The notes under the pieces: generated by a model
Database searches by the model: none
Told to the model about the DNA's origin: nothing
The model's input: only the letters and a program-made list of their open reading frames with translations
Position numbers and translations under genes: made by a program
Origin: an uncultured Chthonomonadaceae bacterium
GTDB lineage: Bacteria; Armatimonadota; Chthonomonadetes; Chthonomonadales; Chthonomonadaceae
Length of the DNA: 64,000 bases
NCBI GenBank assembly: GCA_963817895.1
Contig: CAWFQB010000009.1
Span: 94,868 to 158,867, forward strand
Direction: 5' to 3'
Part shown: positions 9,529 to 18,912 of the stretch, piece by piece
Layout: each line of letters begins with the position of its first letter
Numbering within the stretch: position 1 is the stretch's first letter

Positions 9529-9600
9529 AGCGGGAGACGGGAATCGGACTCGCGGCAATTTGCTTGGAAGGCAAGGCACTTACCATTGAGTTACTCCCGC
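9529..9600 (-). tRNA. tRNA-Gly(UCC), atypical or degenerate
   Basis: Acceptor stem GCGGGAG/CTCCCGC with U73 and anticodon loop CTTCCAA. The T-loop is TCCGATT, the T-stem has an A-C mismatch and the D-stem is imperfect. Confidence 0.75.
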
Positions 9601-9773
9601 AAATGTATTATCTTATAATATAGCACGGAACCGGCTCTACGTCAAGCGTTTTGTGAAATCCGCGCGTTTTGTTCCGGCAGAGCGCGCGTCTTCATTTCGT
9701 TTGACAGGAACCGGTTCCGTATAGTTGCGCCACAGTCCAACTATTTTCACCCTCAACTATCAACTGTCATCTA

Positions 9774-10125
9774 TCAACTCCTCAAGCGGCTTTGGCGGCG
9801 CGTTTGCGGGCGCGGGGGCGAGACGGGTTCCGCCGCCAGCACGGGAACCAACTCGGTCGGGCCAACCGGCGTCAGTTCCGACAGGCAGCGATCCACGCAC
9901 AAAATCTGGCGCGTCACCGTAAAGTCGTGTTCCAGCGTGTGCAGGGGCAGGCCATGCAATGCGTCGCGGAACCGCTCATATTCCAGCGAGGCCGTTTGGT
10001 ACAAGCGCAGGGCTTCGGCGCGTTCGCCCATCAATGCCCGCGTCCGCGCAGTCCGCGACCTGTTCGCAAAGATTATCGTAAACATCCCCAAGCGTCAGTT
10101 CCGTTGTGAATTCTTCTTCGTTCAT
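9774..10125 (-). CDS. Hypothetical protein (probable frameshift near 10025)
   Basis: MNEEEFTTELTLGDVYDNLCEQVADCADAGIDG joins ERAEALRLYQTASLEYERFRDAL across ORFs 9976..10287 and 9774..10091. Confidence 0.5.
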
Positions 10126-10485
10126 GGTTGCTGTCCCCATTCCAGACCCTGCTTCCCAACGGAAACAGGGCTGCAAAACCCTTCGCAAACGCCATTTCGC
10201 GCTGCTGCAATCGGCAGGAATTTTACTCACATTTACAGAACTACAAGCCGGAACCAAAAACCGGAAAACAAAAATTTCAGCATACAAAAATCAACGAAAA
10301 TCTTGCAAGTCAGGGTACAATAACGCGGCAAGCGGGTTCCCTATTTGCCCCTGCCCAACCAGTATTCTCTTATTGTATTATCCTAGATGGCCGGTGAAAA
10401 CGCAATTTTTCTCCCGCGTTTTACGTGATAGCAGGGTCGGGCTGGCCTTCCAAAAGGACGCCCTGAACTTCCGGCGGAGTAGATC

Positions 10486-11246
10486 ATGTCCGAGCAGGCA
10501 TTACCAGAAGCGAGTTCCCCATTGGGGCTGGCCGGGTTCCAAACCGAGGGGCGAACGCGCGAACCGCAAGTCGAAGCGCAGGTGCAGCGCCTGCTGCATA
10601 CGCCGCAACACCGCGTTCTGGCGCGAAGCCCGGCAAGCGGATCGCAAATCCTCCGAATGGGTGCAGGAAGAGACGCTCGTTTGTATGCTGCGCATCTGGA
10701 ACCGGAGTCGCGAACCGAGCGGATAAGGAAAATGCGTGGCATATAGCCGACCTGCTTCTGGAACGCAGCGCGCGGTTCGTGCATCAGCATGTCAGCTGCT
10801 GGAAACTGTCGCCCCAACACGTAGACGACTGCAAGCGCGACATTCAGGTGCAGATGCTGCAAGACCTGTTTAATGACAGCCGGGGTTGTGAGTTCTGGGA
10901 AGTGCGCTTCTGGCTGTGTCTGAAACGGCGATTGCTCAACATCGTGCAGAAATACCGGGGCATGGCGCAGGCCGAATTCGCGCCCGCGCCCCTCGAAGAT
11001 GAAGAGGGACACGCGACTGACTATTTTGAGCGCGTGGCCGATGGCGAAACCCTGTCGGCGCACGAGCGCGTGGAGGTGCGCGAAGCCCTGCGCGTCCTGC
11101 CCGAACAGGAACGCAAAGCCTTCGTCCTCTACCACTACGAAGACTGGTCACAGGAACAAATCGCGGAAACCCTACAGGTCACGGATAGAACCGTCCGCAA
11201 CCTGCTGTCACGCGCGCAAAAACGACTGGAAGAATGGCGGACGTAG
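10486..11246 (+). CDS. Atypical sigma-70 (ECF-like) RNA polymerase sigma factor with an N-terminal extension (about two frameshifts)
   Basis: Region 4 is LRVLPEQERKAFVLYHYEDWSQEQIAETLQVTDRTVRNLLSRAQKRL. A region-2-like segment contains DDCKRDIQVQML...FWEVRFWLCLKRRLLN. An RBS (GGAG) precedes ATG 10486. Confidence 0.8.
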
Positions 11247-11451
11247 AGGAAGAGAGAGAAAAGGCGACAAGTTGAAGAGGCGATTTTTACCATCTGTTCT
11301 TTATCTCTTTCTTGGCTGTTCTCCTTTTCGTCCTTGGTGGTGAAAATTTTATGTCACCTTTCCGGTTTCGTTTCACGCGGCATAGTAGCCCTATCAGCAA
11401 GCCGCAATGCGCGGTTTAGAATTTTAATTGAGCAAGACAAACGGGTGATCC

Positions 11452-12107
11452 AATGAACCAGTATCAATACCGCCGACACAGAGCGGCAGCAGAACGAAAA
11501 AGACATAATTTTTGCCGATTGGAGCGAAGACCGGCAGAGCGCCACGCCGCAGACCTTGCGCGACATGGCTGAACCGATATCCGCAGTATGCCGATGAATT
11601 GATTGGCTGGGCGGCGGACGCGCCCACACTGGAATGCGCGCTGGAAAATGCTGACGCCGGATTTAGCGGGCGGAAGCGCATACGCTGGCAATCGGGCGCA
11701 ATGTTCTGGCGGAAATGCGAACGCGCTATTTTGCCGCGCTGGAAACCGCGCCGCAAGCCCGCCATCGAAGATCTGATTCAGGCCGCAAAAGCGCAGGGAT
11801 TGACGCCCAAAACGCTTGCCGCGCAAATCGGCGTGGGCTTGCCGCTTAATCGCCAAATTGCAGCAGCGATTGATTCGCCTGTCCACCATACCCGAAGAAC
11901 TGGTAAACCGGCTGGCGCAGGCGCTGGATACGGGCGCGGAACAGGTACGCGCGTATCTTGGCGCGTCCCACCACGCTGGCGGCGGGAGCGAGCTACAAGT
12001 CCGATGGCGTCCCGCAGGCGGCGCAGGCGGAAGATTTTGACGCGGCGGTTCGCGCCTGCACGGATATGAACGCGGAACAAAAACAGTTCTGGCTGGAACA
12101 AAAGTAG
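11452..12107 (+). CDS. Hypothetical regulator with an N-terminal WLNRYPQYADEL motif and an XRE-like HTH (several frameshifts)
   Basis: Reassembled by frame-walking: ...EKDIIFADWSEDRQSATPQTL..WLNRYPQYADELIGWAA...AAKAQGLTPKTLAAQIGVGLPLIAKLQQRLIRLSTIPEELVNRLAQALD...GASYKSDGVPQAAQAEDFDAAVRACTDMNAEQKQFWLEQK*. Confidence 0.65.
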
Positions 12108-12262
12108 AGCGAGACCAAAGGCAGTTCGGTAACTAAAGAAGTTCTCGCAACTTTAGGAGAAAGGAAGACGGAGGTTGGGGGCTATTCGGGTAAAATATGA
12201 TATACTCTGCGTGTCTGAAACGGTCTCTGCACGTTTGTTTAAATTTGGTTTTCAGGAATGTC

Positions 12263-15200
12263 ATGCCCGATTGGAACGCCCTGCGCCGCCGCGCTTACGA
12301 ACAGCATTTGCAGTTGCGCGTCTTTCTGCCCCAAGACGCGCCCCTTCTGCCGCCCGCCGAAAGCCTGCTGGAAGCGGCGGAAACAGCGACGGATGTAAGC
12401 CGCGTGGCCGTGCCGCCCGGAGATGGCCTGCTGGCGGGCGCTCATGCCGTGCTGGATTGCGACATTCCGGGCATCTGGTACGCGAGTGGGCCGTCCGTCA
12501 GCCGTTCGCGGCAGTTGTTCGCGCAGGCGCACGAGTTTGCGCATTTCTGGCTGCATCCCGAAATCGGACACGACCAGTGCTTTGCCGATGATACGCCCGA
12601 CGCTTTTGCCCCGCCCTCCTTCCGCCTGCCCAACTCCCAACTTGCCGAAGGGTACAGCCACAAAGAGCGCCGCGAATCCGAAGCCAATCTCTTCGCGGCG
12701 GAACTGCTGCTGCCCGGCCCCATTCTGCGCCAACTGTTCCTCGAACACGGCTGGAAAGCCAGCCGCATCGCCGCCCACTCCGGCCTGTCTCTCTCCTGCG
12801 TCCTCACGCAACTGGCAAGCGCGTTGCTGTTAGGGGAAGAAAAGGAGAAGAGGAGACAAGGACAGGGAACAGGGAAAAGCAGCAATTCGACAATCCACAA
12901 TCCACAATCCACAATCAATTCATCCTTCAATCCTTCAATCCCTCATCCTCGACTTGACACAGCCAACGCGCCGCCGCGCATGTCGAACACGGGCCGGTTC
13001 TGGTGGATGCGGGGCCGGGAACGGGCAAAACGCGGACATTGATTGCGCGTATTTTGTTTTTGCTGACGGAGCGGAATGTTGCGCCGGAAAACATTCTCGC
13101 GCTGACGTTTTCCAACAAAGCGGCGGAAGAGATGCACACGCGGCTGCGGCAGGCGGTGGGCGATCTGGCGGACCGGGTCTGGATCGGCACATTCCATGCG
13201 TTCGGCACGGGAACTGCTGCGCAAAGAGGGAACCCGCATTGGCCTGCCTCCCGCGCCCGAACTGCTGGACACGCCGGACGCCATCAAACTGCTTCAGGAC
13301 AATCTGGATCGGCTGCATCTGCATCATCTGGAATACCTCAGTTTTCCCATTCTGCCCTTTCCCGACATTCTGAATTGCATTTCCCGCGCCAAAGACGAAC
13401 TGAAAACGCCGCAGGATTATGCCCTTGCCGCGCAGCAGCAACAGATCGCGGTAGACCCACACGCGAAAAAAGCGGAGTTGGAAAAGCATCTGGAAAACGC
13501 CGCTAAATCGCAGGAGGTGGCGCATGTCTATGCCGTGTATCAGGAGTTGCTGAAGCGGGAGGGCAAACTGGATTTTGGCGACCTGATTATGCGGAGCGTG
13601 GAACTGCTGGATACGTGCCCCGACGTTCGGGAGCGATGGCAGGCGCAGTACCCGCATATTCTGGCGGACGAGTATCAGGACATCAACCGGGCAAGCGCGC
13701 AATTGGTGCAGCGATTGGCGGGAGACGGGAAAGGGATTGTGGGCGGTCGGGGATTTGCGGCAGGCGATCTATCGGTTTCCGGGGCGCGTCGTCCGCGAAC
13801 GTGCGCAAGTTCCACGAGGATTTTCCGGGCGGGCAGCGTATTCAGCTGGAACGCAATTATCGTTCCCGGCCTCGCTTGTCGCCATGTTCGGCGCGTATGC
13901 GAGTGGCATGGCAGGCACAACCGCAACGTTTTCCGACTGGCAGCCGCAGCGTGAATCAGCAGCGATCTAACGGAGAAAATCCCGCTGTACTGGTTGCGGT
14001 TGCCGACAATGAGGACGCGCAGGCGGCGGGATTGGCAGATGCATATTCGGCAGGCGGAAGCAGGCGGCGTTCCGCTGCGCGATCAGGTGATTTTGTGCCA
14101 GACACATCGGCAGGCGGCGGGATTGGCCGAACTGCTCGGCGCGAACGGGATAGAAACGCAACACGCAAGCGGGTTGTTCGAGCGCGAAGAAACCAAAGAC
14201 CTGCTGGCGTGGCTTGCGCTTGCCTGTGAGCCGGAGGGCAGCACACTGGCGCGAGTGGCGCGTTTTGCCGAGTACGATGTGCCGCAATCCGATGTGTTGA
14301 CGTTGCTTGCCAGCGGCGCGCGACGCGGCGTAAGCAGTTTCCCGCCGCGCTGCTAATGGCAAACGAATTAGCGGAAGTGTCGGAACAGGGGCGGCAGGGC
14401 TTTGCGCGGATGTGGCGGCATCTGGAACCGTATCTGTATCATGGCACGGCGTGGACACTGCTGGCGGGCTATCTATTTGAGGCAAGCGATTACCTGCTTC
14501 CCCTCCTGCGCGACGAATCTGTAGCGGGACGGCAAAAACTGCTTGCCGTTCACGAACTGCTGGTCGTTGCGCTGCGACTGGCAAAACGTTTTGAAGTGGA
14601 AGAGAATCAGCAGGCGGCTTTGCTGAAACATCTGCGCTTTCTGCGGACATGCGGGCAGGAAAAAGCCCTGCGCGTATCAGGGGATGACGCGGAACTGGAC
14701 GGCGTTCGCCTGATGACCGTTCACCGAAGCAAGGGACTGGAATTCCCGATTGTGTATCTGCCTAATCTGGTAAAAGGGCAGTTTCCGCCGAAGAAGCAGG
14801 GGCGCATGGTGTCGCCGCCCGCCGCGATGGCTGAACGAGTCGACCGTAGAAGACGGCGAAGAGGAGAACAGCGAAGCGGAGTGCCTGTTCTTTGTCGCCC
14901 TGTCCCGCGCTCGCGACATGCTGGTGTTGTCGCGCCCCCTGACATGGAACGGCAAACCCGCGCAGCCAAGCCCCCTTCTCACGGATTGCGAGGCCGCGCT
15001 ACGCGCCTGTGACGCGCAAAATATGCGTATGGGAAACTAGCCCTCAACCCCCAACCCTTCTCCCAAAAAGCGTGGGAGAAGGGGAGTGCGTCAGTGGACG
15101 GTGAGACGCTGCCTCAAGTGCAGCTGTTGTTACCTTACGCAAGACGCGGAGTCCAATGCGAATGGAGAGCTTAATGCGAACGTGATAAATCACGCGCCTA

Positions 15201-15965
15201 CGAATGAGGTTGCGCATATGTTGCGGAAGCGACTCTGAGGATGTGTCACCTTTGCAAGCGAACCTTTGACGCTTTCCGCTTCGGCGGTGGAGCAGTATCG
15301 CAGGTGTCCGCGCCAGTATTATTATCAGCGGGTGTTGAAGCTGCCGCAGAGCGGGGAGGAGGGGGCGTACCTGACGTTTCACAACAGCCTGCAAGAAACC
15401 GTCGGCTGGCTGCAAGCCGAACGCGCCGAGGGTCGGACGCCAACCGAACAGGACGCGCAGGACAGGCTTCACGACAGTTTGGAACGGAAAACGCGATGCG
15501 CCCAACACGGCCCATGCGCGGGTGCTGAAGGAGAAGGCATTGGGACTGTTGGCAGCCGCGCACGACAGCGTGCCGGGCGTCTCCGAAGCAGGCCGGGGCG
15601 TGGAACTGACGGCGCAACTGGAGCATGGCGCGGTAAAAGTGCGCGTGGATTCGGCGGAACAGGACGCGAACGGCGAATGGCGGCTCACAACCTACAAAGC
15701 GCAGCGGGACAAGGACGACCACACGAACCCGCGTTTGTCGCTCGCCCGCCACGCCGCCCGCCAACAATCCGACCGTCCCGTACAGATCGTCTTAGGATAC
15801 ATGGACAATGGCGAACAGCGCGAAATCGAGGAAAAGCCGCGCTACGAACCCGACCGTATCGCCAAGTACAATGAAGCGCTGAAGGCCATCCGCGAAGAAC
15901 GGTTTGAACCCAGTCCCTCGCAGGAGTGCAATTCCTGCCCCTTCTTCCTAATCTGCCCATTATAA
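12263..15965 (+). CDS. ImmA/IrrE (M78) metallopeptidase - UvrD/SF1A helicase - PD-(D/E)XK-like Fe-S domain fusion (many frameshifts)
   Basis: Peptidase motifs FAQAHEFAH and ESEANLFAAELLLP. Helicase motifs AGPGTGKT, LTFSNKAAEEM, TFHAF, DEYQD, VGDLRQAIYRF, LERNYRS, LMTVHRSKGLEF and LFFVALSRARD. C-terminal LSASAVEQYRRCPRQYYY...CNSCPFFLICP. A single polypeptide is inferred; the last domain (15266..15965) could be a separate gene. Confidence 0.8.
15038..15087. repeat. REP-like palindromic element, copy 1
   Basis: TAGCCCTCAACCCCCAACCCTTCTCCCA-n-TGGGAGAAGGGGAGT. Near-identical to 22395..22446. Confidence 0.85.
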
Positions 15966-15974
15966 GCGAAGCGT

Positions 15975-16400
15975 TCAGGAAGCCTCTGCTGTTGGGGAGT
16001 TTTGCCGCCACTGTATCAGGGTTTCCCCTGCAACGCCTGCGCCAATTCCAACCGCGTAACAAACCATATCGCCCCACGCAAACCCGGAACCCAACACCAG
16101 ATGCCCAAGAGGAACCGCGCGTATCGCGTCTATCCAATCCGCATGGTACAACTGACTGAACTCAATCAACACGCTGAACGTCAGCGCGAACGTTGCCGTC
16201 CATAACGTACTTTTGCGCGGAAACAGCAGCCCGCCCAGCACGAACACCATCAGCGCCCACAACGCATCGCCCGCGCTTTTCCGCAACAGGAGCGGCAAAA
16301 CGTGGGCATACCGTCGCGACGCCAACCCCAACAGCATCACGCCTGCCGCGGCCATACTATACGTCATCCGGTTGCGCTGCTGAGTCACAATACCATTCAA
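15975..16400 (-). CDS. DUF2809-family membrane protein
   Basis: LGLASRRY, AGDALWALMVF, IEFSQLYHADWIDAIR and LVLGSGFAWGD. Confidence 0.85.
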   Translation of the reverse strand: MNGIVTQQRNRMTYSMAAAGVMLLGLASRRYAHVLPLLLRKSAGDALWALMVFVLGGLLFPRKSTLWTATFALTFSVLIEFSQLYHADWIDAIRAVPLGHLVLGSGFAWGDMVCYAVGIGAGVAGETLIQWRQNSPTAEAS

Positions 16401-16520
16401 AAATTCACCACCTGCCGCGCTGGTAATAAGATTGCTGGACTGCGACCACTATCTGACTATCAATTCCGTGCCGGCTGTTCTCACGCATGTTATAATGTCG
16501 GCTTTTTTCGCGCGCGACAA

Positions 16521-17162
16521 TTATCGACACATGCGTTTACGGCGAGAGAGAAAGCCTGCACCCATAAATCCCATGCTGGCAAGCAGCGCCATAGCGCCGG
16601 GTTCAGGAGTTAAGGCCGGACTGACAAAGGTAAGAGCGATGTTATCTACACCAAAATCGTTGTCCGTGCCATTGCGTTCGGCAGCCAGCGAAATCGTGAC
16701 AGAAGCAGCGGCAGCGACGAAATCAACAGAAAAGTGGTTAAAGGCGGTATTCGGAACGCCGGGACTTTCAAACACAAACGCGCCGTCTACCGCCGCGCCA
16801 AAAGATTGAGTCGCGCCGGTGTTCTGCCCGACGTACACCGTGCGATAATCGCCGGACAAGTTGTACGTGCTTCCTACAGATAGGCCGGAGACGACCTGCG
16901 AGATCGTTGAATCTGTGGCCGCGTTTCCGTTGTCATTCAGAATGAAAAAATTGTCCGGGTTGCCGCCCGAGGTACGGTGACCACCTGCGCCATCAATGTG
17001 AATGGAAGTCCACCCGCCACCTGTTCCATTACTTGGCACGAAAGTGTTGAAGTCTCCATTTACAATCATCTGAGCGTGGGTGGGCGCGGCAAAGCTGACA
17101 GCGGTTGCCGCGCTCAAACCAATGAGCAGCAGGGGTTTGCCGCGAGAAATATTGTGAATCAT
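16521..17162 (-). CDS. PEP-CTERM sorting-domain exported protein (DUF642-like beta-sandwich)
   Basis: Signal peptide ending THA, IVNGDFN, GVDNIAL, and C-terminal TPEPG plus a hydrophobic helix plus RRK. Confidence 0.85.
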   Translation of the reverse strand: MIHNISRGKPLLLIGLSAATAVSFAAPTHAQMIVNGDFNTFVPSNGTGGGWTSIHIDGAGGHRTSGGNPDNFFILNDNGNAATDSTISQVVSGLSVGSTYNLSGDYRTVYVGQNTGATQSFGAAVDGAFVFESPGVPNTAFNHFSVDFVAAAASVTISLAAERNGTDNDFGVDNIALTFVSPALTPEPGAMALLASMGFMGAGFLSRRKRMCR

Positions 17163-17285
17163 CAGGAGTTCCTTCGGCGCGTCAGGTCATGATAGAGAAA
17201 TCCTATCGAGATATTAGCGGAGCAAGCAAAGCGATTGCCGCAATGTATTCGGGGCGCGGGTTCGCTTCTACCTTACTGGAGTTAT

Positions 17286-17301
17286 TGCAAGAATCATGCC
17301 A
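17286..17301 (-). promoter_or_regulatory. Sigma-54 (-24/-12) promoter of the PEP-CTERM gene
   Basis: The minus strand reads TGGCATGATTCTTGCA, about 125 bp upstream of the start codon, with an AT-rich tract further upstream. Confidence 0.7.
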
Positions 17302-17509
17302 CAATGCGCTGTTTGGATGAAAAAATAATAATTTTTTACAAATAAGGACAAGAATGTTTTTTCGAAATAAAATTATGTGATAGTGTCATCCACAAAGCAA
17401 AATGAGTTGTTTTGAATGTAGTTGGCACATTCTTAAAGCGGAGTGGAAGAGGGCCTTCAAATGGATTGTTTCGGATATGAAAGCCCTTTTACGCTATACG
17501 CTTTTTCCT

Positions 17510-18676
17510 TTAGTGTTCCGGCGCGGCCCACTGGCGGCTGGCGGCGGATTTTTCTACCGCGTCGAGTACGGCCTGGTTGCGGTAGCCGTCGCCGAAGTCG
17601 GGCGTGAAGGGCGTGTTGTTGCCGATGGCTTCCATCAGGTTTTTGATCATGTTGATGAAGGTATGCTCGTAGCCGATGATGTGCGCGACTGGCCAGTAGG
17701 CGTCCATGTAGGGGAAAAAGTTCTCGGTGGCCTGAATGGTGTGGAAGCCCTGCAAGCCCTGCGGATCGTCCACCAGATAGATTTCGATCTCGTTCAGGCG
17801 TTCCAGATTGAATAAGATGGAACCCTTTTCGCCGTTAATTTCCCACCGTTTGTAGTTTTTGCGGCCCGGAGCCAGTCGCGTGGACTCGAATGTGCCGGTC
17901 GCGCCGTTTTCAAAGCGGGCAAGGAACGCGGTAATGTCGTCAACCGTCACATCGCCCATCTCCTCAGACGATTTGAAGCCGGAAAGCCCGCCCTCGGTAT
18001 CCGCCAGCAGGGGACGCTTCTTGATGTAGGTTTCGCTCATGCCGCACACATCCGCGAACTCGGTTCCCATCACCCATCGGGCGGTGTCAATCAGGTGCGC
18101 GTTCAGGTCGCCGTGGGAGCCGCTGCCCGCGATGTTCTTATCCAGCCGCCAGACCAGCGGAACGGCGGGGTCCAGTATCCAGTCCTGCAAATAGGTGCCT
18201 CGGAAATGGCGGATTTTTCCCAGTTTGCCGTCCGCAATCAATTGGCGGGCAAACGCGATGGCAGGCGCGAAGCGGTAGTTGTGGCAGATGCCGTTGATGA
18301 GATGCGTTTCCTGCGCGATTTGATAGGAGGCGCGGGCGTCATCCAGACTGGTGGCAAGCGGCTTTTCGCACAGAACGTGCTTGCCCGCTTTGAGCGCGGC
18401 CTGCGAAATCAGAGCGTGGCTGTCGTTGGGCGTCCCGATGTCAATCAGGTCAATGTCGTCGCGGGCGATCACGTCTTGCCAATTGGTCGCGGATTCCTGC
18501 CAGCCGTAAAGTTCGGCTGCGGCTTTCACTTTATGTTCGCTGCGTCCTACCAGCACTTTCATCACGGGTTCGACGGGCAGATCGAAGAACCGGCCCACCT
18601 GCCGGTACGCGTTGCTGTGCGCCTTGCCCATGAATTGATAGCCGATCAAGGCGACGTTGACCTGTTTTTTTGCCAT
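17510..18676 (-). CDS. Gfo/Idh/MocA-family oxidoreductase
   Basis: VALIGYQFMGKAHS, GKHVLCEKPLA and GSHGDLNAHLID. An RBS precedes ATG 18676. Confidence 0.93.
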   Translation of the reverse strand: MAKKQVNVALIGYQFMGKAHSNAYRQVGRFFDLPVEPVMKVLVGRSEHKVKAAAELYGWQESATNWQDVIARDDIDLIDIGTPNDSHALISQAALKAGKHVLCEKPLATSLDDARASYQIAQETHLINGICHNYRFAPAIAFARQLIADGKLGKIRHFRGTYLQDWILDPAVPLVWRLDKNIAGSGSHGDLNAHLIDTARWVMGTEFADVCGMSETYIKKRPLLADTEGGLSGFKSSEEMGDVTVDDITAFLARFENGATGTFESTRLAPGRKNYKRWEINGEKGSILFNLERLNEIEIYLVDDPQGLQGFHTIQATENFFPYMDAYWPVAHIIGYEHTFINMIKNLMEAIGNNTPFTPDFGDGYRNQAVLDAVEKSAASRQWAAPEH

Positions 18677-18912
18677 TGAATTTTCTCCTGTGTTCTGAAA
18701 TCCACTTGCGAATGTGGTACTGCTGCAAAATATGCGGAAAAGGTTGTTTGTTCTTGCTGAAGAGACAACGAATTTGTAGCCGTTGCCGTACATACATTCG
18801 ACATTTGAGCGGCAAATCCTGCAAAGATTAGTGGTATAAATAAAGCGAACGGGAATTTGATTGGCAAAGGAAGGGATATGTGTAACGTCAGGAGCATGGG
18901 AGAGAGGAGCAG

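Noticed and set aside
15266..15965. Cas4 or a CRISPR system
   Set aside because: The Cys pattern is shared with AddB-type domains. No cas1, cas2 or repeat-spacer array is visible anywhere in the window.
12263..15965. Housekeeping PcrA/UvrD, AddAB/AdnAB or Gabija GajB
   Set aside because: It has an N-terminal IrrE peptidase, no second helicase-nuclease subunit and no OLD-family nuclease neighbour.
9293..16400. tRNA-anchored integrative island or prophage
   Set aside because: No integrase, phage genes or duplicated tRNA 3-prime end was found, and the module lies on the 5-prime side of the tRNAs.
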